Assembly (NCBI RefSeq): GCF_009914755.1
Contig: NC_060940.1
Length of the DNA stretch: 64,000 bases
Reading direction: 5' to 3' (one strand)
Source: the human T2T-CHM13v2.0 reference genome, Homo sapiens
This document shows, in pieces, positions 13,491-28,139 of the stretch. Made by a program: the position numbers and the translations under genes. Position 1 is the stretch's first letter; each line of letters starts with the position of its first letter. Under the pieces are notes generated by a model that was not told where the DNA came from, did not search any database, and saw only the letters and a program-made list of their open reading frames with translations.

Positions 13491-16400
13491 ACAGTCTTCT
13501 GATTATAAAAGTACATATATATTCCATAAATGTTCCATTATTTATAAATTTAATTACTGATTGTTAGACATGCAGTTAATCCCAGTTTTTATTATTTAGA
13601 ATAATGATGTAATGAATATCTTTTATATACAATTCCATGATTTATTTCCTTGGGAGAGAAAATCCCAGCAATTTGGTCAAAGGGATGTACTTTGATTACA
13701 ATACTGGAAATGTATTAAGTACATGGCCCCCAAGAATCCTCAAACCAAGTGTAAGGAGGCAGGCGATGGCCTTCACGGGACAAGCTGGGGTCTCCCAGTA
13801 GTGTCATTGGAGGTGAGTCTCTGTGTCTGGAGAAGCAACTAGACCTTGGGACTCTAGTTTCATCCCCGAGATTCTCCTCCATTTGACAAGGGGAATGTTT
13901 GGGTTTGAGTTTATGAAGGCAGCGTGTTGCTCTCTTATACCAAGAGGTTCTTCAGAACTGCTGAGTTCTGAGTTCCGAGGTCACCCTGAGCACAGGGGAA
14001 ATTTTCATCTTTAAAATAAAAATCCGTCTCCGCCTAGGTATGGATGAAGATTTCTGTCTAAGCACAAGAAATAGAGTCTCGTGGTCTTCAAACTTTTTAC
14101 AGTCTCAGAGCCTTGTTTTCAAAAGAAATTTGATACTAGGGATAGCAAATGCATGGTTTCTAGGCCATTATTCTCTCATCCTGTACCTACTGATTACAGT
14201 GCTCTCTCTCTCATACATCCAAGACTTGGCCTTGGGGTCTTCCACACAGCAATCTAGGCAGCCCCTATTAGGTGGCTGGAGTTAGCATATAACTCCATTT
14301 GATAGACTGGATATTGAAACAGACAATATAAAGCAGATCAATTGGAGTGAGACTCTTTGACAAAGGGGTGAGGAGTCCAGAGCCCAACCCACTTCCTTCC
14401 CCTCTGAAAAGACTCTTGGGAATCCTATGTGATCCACTGATCTAGTTGATCTGTTCTTATCCCTCCAAATCCCAGCACTTCAAGATTCATGCATTCTGTT
14501 ATTCACATATGAAGAGAATGTTTCCCATATGCAAGAGCTGTTGTTTGTCACCTCATGCCTCTTTGCCATGTAATTCCTGTTCACTGGATCAAGGTATAAG
14601 TAGAAGCCATTAAGATACAGAAAGACCCACTGCTGCACCCACAGCAATGTCAGCATCAGGGACTGAGCAGCAGAAACCGTCTGTGATCCTAAGAGCATCT
14701 TAGAATCGCTCTGTGTGTTTTTCTTCTTCTTTTTTTTCTACCTTGGGCTGCAAGAGGCTACACAAGGCTCCGGATAGATGGGTTTTATTGAAGTCATTTC
14801 AAGCTCCCCTGCCTCCCCACAGCTGACCTGACAGAGACAGTTAAGAATCATCTAATTAAAAACACTGATCATTGCAGTACCAACTAGATCATATTGAGAT
14901 AATCACTCTACTAGCTCCCAACGAGGTCCTGCTGAGAATAACTCCTGGCCAAGCCACAGGAGGGAGAGGCTGGGGCCTCGCCACTGTCCTAAGAGCCCTG
15001 CTGTGTCCCTGGCTTTCTCTCCTGGCTGGGGGGATGGAAGGGACAGGCAGGACTATTTATTCAGCTCAAGGTCCTCCGTGGAGTAGAGCATCTAGGCAGG
15101 TCGGGGCCTGCTGCCATGGAGCTGCCACTGAGTATTACTATCACTCCAGACAGCGGCATGTCCCCTGCAAGAGAGATTTGAAACCCCACAAGCTCAGCCC
15201 TCCACCCCCTTGTTCTCCCAGACTTATAAAAATAGGAAGAACACATGTTCCCATTAGTCACTTGCTTGAGGGCTGCTGTGGGGTATATGCACGCAGCCTG
15301 TACACTGGAACCAAATTTGAATATCATTTGCATCTTGCAGGTAGACAATAGATACCGCATCAAAAACATGCACAGCACCCCCTCCTCAGCAAGGCGCCCA
15401 ATGAGGCAGACCAGATGACATTTCCTGGGAACAAGGACTATCGTTTATAAGTTTTCAAATCCACTTGATAAGGCCCCTCCTGGCAACCGACGCCCACCCC
15501 AGCTGGAGAGGCATTCTGAGAGGCTTTTAATTAAACTTTTGCTTGCCAAGAGCAGTTTGCATACACACAGGGGGACCATGCTCCTAGGGGAGCCATAAAG
15601 CCTGCCACTTTCTTTGCCTCTGTGTGTCCTTAACTCTCTGGGGTTACGAGGCAGACGCCCAGCCTGTACTGGCAATGATGCTTCTGGAAGGGCCTGGGGA
15701 GTGAGCCTGCAGCGGCAGACAGAGCTGAGCCCACTCTGCGGCTGCACGGTGCCTACTGGGTGAGCCGTGGCTTCCCGGCCGCCTGGGTGACTCCCAGGGC
15801 AGTGGCCAGAGTAAAAGCCAGAGAGGACGAGGCTGCACTGGGGTTATGTCATGGCACAGCCAGAGGGAGAAAGACTGGAAAAGCCTTCAGACCCCACAGG
15901 TGGCTTAGTTATTGACTTGCGTGTCCCTTCTGGGAGGGGGGCGAGCTGGAAGAGGAGGCGTCCTTTGTGGCTCTGACCTCCCTTGACCTGACCTTTGTAA
16001 CTCTATCAGGACTAGTGGTCAGTAGTTATCAACTGTCAATAAACCGCCCAAACACACACTGTAATTCAGAATACGGGGAGGCCCATCTATTTGCTGATCG
16101 ATCTTGGACTCGAAAGTTGACAAAATGCAGGGTCCCTTGTCTTCTTATCATAATATTGAAAATATGTGCTGCGACACATTGAATGATCTACACTTCTCGT
16201 GCCCCACTCCTGGGGCCCTTAGTAAATACAAGAGGATTGATTGAGATGAAAGGTGAACGGGAGGTCTGTGGTGTTCCTCTAAGGAAACCAAAGCCCCTGA
16301 AGCAGGGACTGAGGACTAATTAGTCCATCTCATTAAGTTTATCTACTAAGGTCCTATGGAAACAGGCTAGGGCTACCCTGCCCCAGTTATCTGCTTCATT

Positions 16401-17114
16401 TAAAAACAATCTGCATCTGCTTGAATAACTGAGGCAAAAACAGACTTTGGAGGCTTTAATGATGTATTTTAATAGAAATTTCAAGTTCCTGGCTTCTCTC
16501 CCTACCCCTTTCCACTTGACTTTGTGCTGTGTTGACTCATCTATGGATGGTGTTTTTTTTTTGTTGTTGCTTTTTCCTGCAGAAAACAACAATGTGTTTT
16601 TGGAGGTGATCAGATAACATCATTGAGGTTGATCTCAAGATGTGGAACAGTGGGCTGGGAGTGCTGGGCTGGCCTTCTGTTCTCCAGTTGCTGGGACAAT
16701 GGTGGAGGTGAGGAAGGTCAGTGACTTCAACAGTCCTCTAAGTGGGTCTGACTGAGGTACCCACTCAAACTGGGAAAACAAGCAGCTTGGCTGACGCCGT
16801 CCAGTCAGTGGCCGGCATGGCTATTTACACGGGGCATTGCAAGTAAGAGTCACACCTGCCTACTAGAGTCGTGGGGTGGATTAAATGAATGAATACCTCT
16901 GCAATGCATCAATAGTGCCTGGCAGGAAGTAAATAGGACTCAATACATGTTATCAGTGATATTATGATGTTATTAGGATTGTGGAATCATCCTCATTATT
17001 GTTTGAACTGGCTGGCTGGCTGGCTGGCTGGCATTGTGTTCAGCTTTCAGGTGCACCTAGGCAGAGATTTCCCAGGTCACACCTGCATGATGGATTGGCA
17101 CAAAGGAGGTAAAG

Positions 17115-17612
<498 letters not shown>

Positions 17613-17918
17613 GGATAAAGCCATGGTCAGGAGTCACAGTTCCCATTTCGTGTCTCACCTGCTATCCTAGAACCAAGGCCTCCACTCAAGTTCTCCCCTG
17701 TTCTGAGTTGGGGCTCACAGGTACTCACCAATGAGTCACCCTCAGGACCTTAGGAATCTGCTATTTGGGGTCAGGGGTATCTGCTGCTGAAGCCTGGGCG
17801 GCCTCTGCAGACCTCAAGGGCATCCTGCCTGGTGTCTGCACCAGAGCCCTGTTACCTGCTGAGGCTCACTGAATGGGTGGTGAGTTCTCCCACGGCCCAG
17901 TGCACTAGGGATGGCTGC

Positions 17919-18562
<644 letters not shown>

Positions 18563-19068
18563 GCTACCCACCCACTGCCACTGCTACCAGGGTTATCAAG
18601 AAGCCATGAATTCTGCTACCATCAACTCACCAGGACCTCCCCTTGCTTTGGCTGTGCTGTTCTTTGTGACTTTGATGCAAGGAAGCCAGGTGACATCCTG
18701 GCTGAAGTCAGGGGAGGGTGGGGTGGGGAATGGCTTCCTTCCTGTTTGTTTGTCTCTATGCTCTGGTAGATGGACACCAAAGTGATCCCGTCTTCTCCCT
18801 GGATGAGGCATAGAGCTTCCCAAGACCCTCCAGTGACACAGACTCCCCTGAGTTCTAAATCACACCTTTCTTCCCTCCACAGATGCCTTGAACTTGATTC
18901 AAGCTGGTCTTGCTTCTCTTAGATTGAAGCTTCTTCAGTTGTTTGGCTAGACAGGCTCTGGGGAGGCCTGGAGCTCAGCAGTCTGCCTGACACCGCAATC
19001 TGGAAGCTCTGATGTGTAGGAAGCACACGACTTCTTACAAATAGTAGAAACTTAATTTTGGAGTAATA

Positions 19069-19148
19069 TTAGGATGGTGCAAAAGTAATTGAGGGTTTTG
19101 CCATTATTTTCAAAGGCAAAAACCGCAATTGCTTTTGCACCAACCTAA
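19069..19148. mobile_element. MADE1 (Hsmar1-derived mariner MITE)
   Basis: 80 bp, ttaggatggtgcaaaagtaattg ... caattgcttttgcaccaacctaa inverted termini, TA TSD on both sides. Confidence 0.92.
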
Positions 19149-19150
19149 TA

Positions 19151-19250
19151 CCGTATTTTGCAGATGAAAAAACTTAGGGCCAGAGAGATTAAATGACTGG
19201 TTCAAGGTCACACAATTAACTAGTAACAAAGGCAAGGACAAAATGCTCAG
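19151..19250. mobile_element. MIR fragment
   Basis: attttgcagatgaaaaaacttaggg...aaatgactggttcaaggtcacacaa. Confidence 0.7.
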
Positions 19251-22200
19251 TTCCCTTTTTGGTGTCTATATTTAACTAGCAAACTACAAAAAGTATTATA
19301 CCAATTAACTAATTTTAGGAAAGGGATTTTGTATAACATGCCTTTTTATCTGACATTGGAATAGGGGGTTTTCATATGTTATTGTGGTGGGAAATTGAAG
19401 CGTATCCCTTCATGCCTCAAAGCATTATTTTTATTTTAAATATTTTCAATGAAATATTCCTAAGACACATTAAATGAGACTCCCCCAAAGATTTTTACCT
19501 CATCAGTATTAGTGTGTGCATTTTGTGTTACATCCTTTTCTTCCTATAGAAGACATTTCCCCCCATTACTTTTGACATTTACATTTCATTCCAAATAGTC
19601 AAAATTACTATATATAATTTCTACATAAATGACATAATTATTATTATTGGTATTTTCACCAACAAGTCTATGTTTACTAGTATGTGGAGGCTAAAACTGT
19701 TTCCAAGTGGGAAATATTAATCAAAAGAAAGTCAAATCTCGCTATTTTCCAGGTCTGCCCTGTTTGCAAAGTTTCCCCATTATGCATGAATGCGTTTTAA
19801 GTTTTCAAAATATTTGCAAACCAAAATGGTCCTTGCAAACTCTTCTGTAGTCTTTCTTATCATCATGCTACTTTCTGAAGCCATTGGACACCAGCTGTAA
19901 TAAGGATGATATTCTCTTTCAACATCAGTGTTCAACTTTTTACTTGGCATCTTTTTCTTGAGTTGGGTGTTCTAATAGAGTTTGATTTGAAAGTCAAGTG
20001 GTTCTGGGATCGCTCTAAACCTAAAAAAAAAAATGGCAAATGTGGGTCCATCAATTTTATGTCCAAGGCAGAGGAATGTCAAAAGTGTATTTGCCTAACT
20101 CTCTGGTTCCAGTTTATCGCTCTCTCCCCTGCCTGCAACTCGTAGCTCCAGAGAATTTCAGCTCATCAAGAAAAAGTACAGAATAAGGCTTGATGACATT
20201 ATCACAAAGTCAGATTAACAGCAAATGGAGGAAAACAAAAATGGGCTCTTCCCTGGTAGAGATGTTTCTCTGCAGAAGGGTGGATGCTGATAATGCAGTC
20301 ACTGGGATAAGTCCTTCAATCACTATGAACTCATAATGGCCCAAATGCAATCTTGGGCATTTGAACCAAAGCAACAAAAATCAGAAAGAGAGAGCATGTG
20401 AAGCAAGTTACAAAACACACATAACTAGATAAAAGAAATAATCATCCAAATGTATTTTGAACTGTAACGCATTAATACTTTTCCATGTTGACAGGGAAAA
20501 ACAATAAACATCAAATGCAAGTTATATTACGCATCTATGCATTGCCTCTGGATTGTACAAAGTTCAAGAAAGAAGCAAAATTCTTGATATAGTGATAAAG
20601 TAGAGGAATAATCACATTAATGATAACCCTTAATTATTATTACTAAATTTGTGTTAAATTAGAATTTCAGAACCTCCAAACTCTTTCCTTATTTTCAGCA
20701 TCCTCTTGAAAATTTGAGAATAAAATGTGTGGTAATTGCCCCAACAATTTTCTTTTTGGAAACTTCCTACCTACCTAGAGAGTGACAGTGTTTTCCAATG
20801 GAGAGAAAATCAGACTCACAAAATAGCAAGAGAAGCGACAGCCAGGACCAGAGACAAAGGTGACAGAGGCCCAAAGCAGTGAAGCCAGCAGTTCCCATTG
20901 CACTGAGAGTGCAAACCTGTGAGTGATAGAATGCCAAAAAGGAAAGGATGGAGATTTGGACAAGAGCAGCACATCTGTCTCAGACCATCACAGGATACAA
21001 CCTGGGGGGTTTTTGCCTTCCTCCCTAAACCAAAGCAAATTAATAGAACCTAGCTTTCTCTTTCCTGGAAAACTCTCTGAGGGTCTAGTGTCAGCAATAG
21101 AGGCGGGGTGAGAAATCCATCAGCTGTGTTACTTGCTAGAAAGTTAGAAGAGTCAGCCGGCAGAAGGGTGATGCTGACCGGGCTTCTTAGTTGAACAGAC
21201 TGTTGAATGATGAAACACAGTTTGGAATATTAAAAGAGCCACCTGGGAGATGGATTAGTGGCTCTGTTTTTTCATGCCAGCTTTGTTCATCTGATTTTGC
21301 TACCTTTGAGCTCAGCGTGCTATTGCAACTGACCTTCATCTTGAGATGAAGTGCGCGTTTAGGAATCACGGACATGGAATCCTCCAGCCCAGTGTATTTG
21401 GACCTCTGCTTGTGCCAAAGAACAACTAAATGCAAAATGCATACTATGCATGAGGGAAATCACTGAGCTGCTTACCGATGCTACACTCTTTCACTCCCTG
21501 TGTGATGTATGAAAAGCAGACTGCAATTATATAATTAGACTGAATATACATTTTTCCCATTAGTGTTTATTTTTGTTGCCAGTCAGATTGCCTCCTGGAA
21601 AATGGAGGCTGTTAGTCCACGTGGTCATCCCTCCTTCCCCCCTTTCAAGATGTTTTGCTGATCTGCTTTGATTTCTTTTTAGCAGCCTGCTGATTCTTCT
21701 CTTTACGGGTGCTCCTTGGAGTTTGAGGGGCTCAGAGGTGTGTGGATTGCTGAAATTGGACACATGTGGCATATTTGCCTTGAAAGGCTGAGGCTTGTAT
21801 AAAGAGGCCCCTGGCAGCTGACTGTCAGTGGGGCAGGAAGGGGAGAGGGACAAAAAAAAAAAAAAAAAAAAAAACACAAAAAAAAAAACAAGGAGAAGGG
21901 CCAAGGCTTCAAAAGAGGTTACGGTGTAGGCACGGGGTTGAGATGGAGGAACACGCATGGCTGTTAGCAGTCAAGTGCGTTGTTCACAGTACATGGGAAC
22001 TAAGTGAGGGTTCATTGATGGAAACAGTACACAATTTGGAGGAATAACCACAGAGTATTTACTGAACTGCCAAACTGCCTGGCAGCACCCCATCTGACCA
22101 TCCAATGACTTTCCCAGAAGTGCAAATCAGAAAGTCAATAAGACACCTCCAGTTTCCAAATTCTATCTCATTGCACATAAACTGAAAGTCTCAACAATCA

Positions 22201-24149
22201 ATACCGTGTTACTGAATTACAATCAGAATTCAGTGGAGCAACATCCAGACAAACGAGTGTGTCCAAGAGGCATTTGAGTCCATGGGTGAACTCCAGAAAT
22301 TTTACATGGGATGAGGTGATCAGACCACCAATTTGGGAGACAGAAAACGAACACAAGACAGAAAAACTGTAGTCAATCTGCTTTTTTGAAAAATAGACCC
22401 ATTTGGCACCAATTAACCATTCCCATTTCTCCGTGCCTGCCACGGAAAGTCTCCAGAAGCTCCGACTTTGTGTTAATTTCATCAGCTTCATTTCTGACAG
22501 ATTGAGAGTTGGATTTGTAAGTTGGAAATAGCTACTATTGATTCACAGTGGTGCCTGCCTCTACCTACCTTAGTAATGGTTCCAACGAGATCTATGCAGC
22601 TAATTCCAATTCACCAGCCACTATTTTGGAAGAAGATGAACATTTTCAGGACCTAAGGGAACCATCATGGCCAGCCTTTCAAATGGCTTTGAAAAAATCC
22701 ATCAGTCTCTCAAAATCTGTTTAGCTGAACAAATTCCCCCAGCTCCCATGTGTATAAACACCACCACTCTGTTTTCCTATCATCTGCCCCTTCCTCTTTA
22801 TTGCTCTCATATTAGTAGATTAAAAGATCAGAAGTGCCAGCTTTTAGCAAATAGATTCATCTTTAGTCACAAACAGATTTCCATGAGAATGAACACTAAG
22901 TTATTAGGGAAGAGAGATAAGCACATTATTTGTATTTTAAGCTTGCTGTCTGATTTCTGTTTGGCATGCCCTGATTTCTTTTAAGCACTGGGAACACGTT
23001 CATTTTCCAGGTTTATATAGGGGTTGTTACATATCTAGAGTGCCATTTAGAGGATTACTAATTTACTAAATGGTACCCCAGTGCCCTGAAAGAGTTAATT
23101 CTTTTCCAAGAGATAAGCAATTTATTTTCTATTTAGCAGCAGGATAAGGCCCACTGCTTACAAATGGACTATGAGCCCCTTAGAGAGAGGGAGAGAGAGA
23201 TGCTGTAAAAATAAAGGGTATAATAATTACAATTATTGTAATATAATGTCAATCCATGGTGTTATTTTTATACATTCCCCCTCCTAACCTTTGTCTAAAA
23301 GACCAGATCAACATCCTGAACTCCCTGTCATTTTTGCATGTGTCTTTGAAAAACCAGATGCCAAGAGATGTGCTGTATCCTTTGGTAAAAGAGCCCATCC
23401 AGCCAACCAATCAATCAACAGATGTTCCCTAAACACTGTAACCAAACAGCAAGCACAGCCCAAAACCTGCCTCCCAAGAGCTTCCAATTTAGTTGGGGTA
23501 ATAATGATTCACAAGCAAACTCCAAGCCAGGGGTAACGACGCATACCAATAGGAAGTTCACGCAAGTCCAGCTCAGAGGAGAGAGAAATCAGCCACCCTA
23601 TAAAGCAGCCATCGCCAACCACCCTGAGCTGGGAGTCAGTGACAACATGTATCTTCTCCTTGGTTCAAATTCCAGCTCTGCCATTTCCTAGATGAGTAAT
23701 TTTCATCAAGTTACTTACCCTCTCTGAGTCTCAGTGTCTTGGAAAACCATTGACTTGAAATGTGGGGAAGATTCAGCAAAGTCAAATCTGCAAAACTACT
23801 TTGTAAACTGAAATGTGCTACAGAAGCACAAATACAAAAAGCCTCCCTGAAACGTGTACCGTTTTGAGAAAAATGAAAATGGTGGAATGCGACATCGTGT
23901 GCGGATGAGAATTTTCTCAACAGTTAGTGTCTTGGGATTCACTCTTAACAGGACTCCAGGTCTCTCCCCTTCTCCAGAGAGACCTGGGTCAGGCAGGCAG
24001 GCAATGATGGCTCTCAGTACCAAGACCTGAAGAAGGGAGGGTGGGTGTGTTTACAGATGACCAGAATGAAAGAAATGTTAGGGAGCTGAGACAAGTCTCT
24101 CCCAAGAGAAGGCAAAGGGAAGGAGGAGCCTGGAAGGGAAAGGACATTC

Positions 24150-25090
24150 ATGTTAGTTTGCAGGTGGAGGCTAGAAGTCCGAGATCAAGGTGTTGGCAGG
24201 GTTGGTCTCTTCTGAGGCCTCTCTCCTTCTTATATAGATGAACCTTTTCTCCTTGCATCTTTGTACTGTCTTTCCTTTGTCCACATCAGTATCCCATTTC
24301 CTCTTTTTTTTTTTTTCTGAGACAGGGTCTTGCTCTACTGCCCAGGCTGGAGTGCTGTAGCACGATCATAGCTCACTGCAGCCTTAAATTCCTAGGCTCA
24401 AGGAATCTTTTTTAAATTAAAAAAAAATGTGAACAATATCTTTAGTATCTTTTGTGTGCGTAGTTAACCATGTAAGTGAAAAAACCCCATGAGATGACAT
24501 AGGTGATTATAATAGAAAAGTGGAAAAACAACTAGTGTCTCAGTATTGAATTCCGAATAGAATTCCCAGTATATGGTAATCTTAAAAGAGACCTGTTTCT
24601 TCAGGTGAGTAGCTGACCCACCTCAGGGCCATGCCCCTCTTCTCTTTCCTCACAGCCTTAATTTTTTGCCAAAAGGGCCAGATTTGAATAAAGGGGAGCA
24701 CCATGAGCGCAGGATCCAGGCATAAGGGCTGCTGTCTGTTGGGCTTTGGCAATGGGTGTTTGGGAAATTCTTGGGCTCAAAGAATTTGAGGCTGCAGTGA
24801 GTTCCACCTCAGCCTCCCGAGCAGCTACAGACATGTGCCACCTAACCCGGCTAATTTTTTATTTTATTTATTTTGTAGAGACGGGGTCTCACCATGTTGC
24901 CCAAGCTGTCCAATTTCCTCTTCTTCTAAGGACACCAGTGATATTGGATTAGGGCCCACCCTAACAACTTCATTTTAACTTTATTACCCATTTAAAGATC
25001 CTATCTCTGAATCCAGTCATGTTCTGAGGTATGGGGATTAGAATTTCAACACATGACTTTTCAGAGGGCAGAATTCAGCCCAGAACAACA
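24150..25090 (-). mobile_element. MLT1 solo LTR interrupted by a rearranged Alu
   Basis: ggaggctagaagtccgagatcaaggtgttggcagggttgg ... aaggacaccagtgatattggattagggcccaccct ... aattcagcccagaaca. Confidence 0.8.
24302..24908 (-). mobile_element. AluJ-like element split by a 358-bp foreign insert
   Basis: Alu sequence at 24302-24406 resumes at about 24765-24908. Confidence 0.8.
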
Positions 25091-25700
25091 TGTAAATTCA
25101 TGGCTGGATCTGAAGCTTTCTTTATATGACAATAACAGAAAGAAGGGAAAGAAATAAATTTGCAAGCATGGGGAGCAGCCCAAATGTTTATGACATACTT
25201 GTAAAGATTTGAAGAGCAAGAAAACAGCTTTGTGGATGGAAGTTACGGAGATGTGTGTCTGTGTGTACATTTTTCTTAAAAAATAGACAATTCCCACTCA
25301 GAGAATAATCAGAGTTCCCGGACATGATAACGATGTACAACTTATTGCCTAGATCTTTCATGCAAAGTTTTTGCAAAAGATGATAGTTTCTTCTCTGAAA
25401 GTCTCCTCCAATGGACACACCACAAGATCCCTTGGAGATCCACGGTGATCATTTATCACTTTGCCTGACAAAAAGTTATTCCTTATGTCTTACCCAAATC
25501 TCTTGCTAATGGAAGCCAAAGGTCAGCATTTTCAGCCTTATGACTTTGGTGCATTCCTTCTCTTTCCCATTCCCTGCAAATCTATTTTCCTCCTTCCCTC
25601 CTTCTCTCCCTTTCTCTCTCTATGGATATGGAGAATAATGATTCAAAAATATCCACATAAAATTCCACCATATATTTAGCCAGTTAAGTTACTCCTTGGC

Positions 25701-26063
<363 letters not shown>

Positions 26064-26779
26064 TAGATTTAGCTTTTCCTCAATAAAATATTAGACAAAA
26101 TACTCCTACATTTTAAAATAATGATTTCTAGTATGGATAATTTTTTCAAGTCCCATGAAGTGAACAAGCTGCTGTTCCCTCTGCCATGAATATACACAGA
26201 GCTCTGATCCCTTGGGTGGGACTTCTGAGGTACACTTGCCTTTTAAAATAGAATATTCCGTATAAACACTTTACTGTGCAAAACAGCTGATCAGAATCCC
26301 TGGCCTGTATTGTATCTAAAATGACCATTTTTCTCTACCATTTCTCTCTACCTTATTCAATGAGTCTGGAAATCTTTTAAGTTTTTTTCCCTTAGATTTA
26401 ATGTAATTTGCCACTTTTTAACCACAAGGTCAGATAGTTCACACAGCATAAATGGGATGCATTTGTAAGTCTCCATTCAGATATATGACATATACAGCAG
26501 CCAAAAGTTATGCTCCTTCTAATGTTAAAATCAGTAGAATATCTTTATAAAAGGACATTACTTGAAAGTTGAATTCCAGGTGAGCACATTTATGTGAGTG
26601 GCCTCCAGAAAACATGTTCTCTCTTTGGTGCATGTCAGATAGCAACTGATGGGGATGCAACTGAGCAACACTCAAAGCTCTCAAGTGAAGTGCAGCACCT
26701 GTGCAGCATGCAACACCATGCATGTTTATTCTGTATGTGCCACCTGACCTGTGCTCACCTCTTAGAAAAATCTATTCAT

Positions 26780-27091
<312 letters not shown>

Positions 27092-27107
27092 TCTTTTCAT
27101 ATACAAT

Positions 27108-27283
27108 GAATATAGATGTATATATGTAGTTCTGTATATGTATATACATAATTCGAATATATAATTCATGTGTATGTATGTATACATATGTGTATATGTG
27201 TGTATATGTATGTATATATGTGTGTATATATATATGTATATGTATGTGTGTGTGTGTATATGTATGGGGGGGAGAGAGAGAGA
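27108..27283. repeat. Compound (TA)/(TG)/(TATG)/(GA) microsatellite
   Basis: Directly visible. Confidence 0.9.
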
Positions 27284-27659
27284 GCATCCATGGTTTTCCC
27301 AGTTTTATTGACCAAAATAGCACCCCTTCACCATTTTTCAGGCCTCCCAAGATATTTCCCCTGACTTTTTCATTGGATTTAAAGGGATTTTATAACCATA
27401 TCAATTAGAAGGGATCAATGGTCAAGGTCTCTACTTGTTATCAAGCAGGATAGTTCCAAATGGAACTATCTGAGCAGCCCTGAGAAGATCTTCCTGCCTC
27501 CCAGGCCTGCTCTACCCAGACGCAAGATGCCTGAAATTCACAATCACATAGTGTGCCCCAGCATAGGGGAAAAAATGGTAAAATGTTCCTCTGGATTTGA
27601 TCACTTCAGGTCACAGAAACCCAACTTCCAACTTCTGGAGTCTCATTCATTGAGAGCTT

Positions 27660-28010
27660 TGACCTTCTGAGGCTGCTGCACTGCCTGTGCCTGCGGTAGG
27701 CAGGAAGTAAGAGGGAATTAACACCTGGGAGCAGGTGTCCAAATGCACAGCAGGGTTAGTGTGTAAATAAAATACACCAGCTCCCTTTCCCCTGAGGTGG
27801 AATAACTGTGAGGTGTGAGTTCTACACTCTTCCATGAGTTCTGTCTTGAAATGAAGTTCCTGTTGCCCACAGTTGAAACTTGCTGGATAATGTTCTCTTT
27901 ATGATCATCCTTCTCTTTTCTTGTTTGTTCTTATGCTTCTCTCAGTTCCTGGGATCACCTTACAAATAAATGAATTTTACTTGAATACTTTCCTGAGGAT
28001 CTGTTTCTGA
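27660..28010. mobile_element. Old ERVL-type LTR remnant (LTR16-like)
   Basis: gagggaattaacacc...ataactgtgaggtgtgagttctacact...aaataaa resembles LTR16 motifs. Confidence 0.45.
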
Positions 28011-28139
28011 AATGAAGACAATGCACTCATTCATTTGGCATAGCCTCAGTAACACAAAGTTATGGTCTATTAAGGTGTGGAATCTTAAGTCTGAGGGGGA
28101 AATGGTGGAGTACATTTGGATCACAGAATCTTCCTGCTC

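Noticed and set aside
14872-15351. Longest non-repeat ORF (159 aa)
   Set aside because: Starts at TTG, has no recognisable domain, and its length is within chance expectation for GC-richer DNA.
24605-24655. GTGAGT...TTCTCTTTCCTCACAG mini-intron inside the foreign insert
   Set aside because: At 51 nt it is below the usual minimum for human spliceosomal introns, and there is no flanking ORF.
27170-27408. Tyr/Val/Cys/Met-rich ORFs
   Set aside because: Translations of the compound TA/TG microsatellite.
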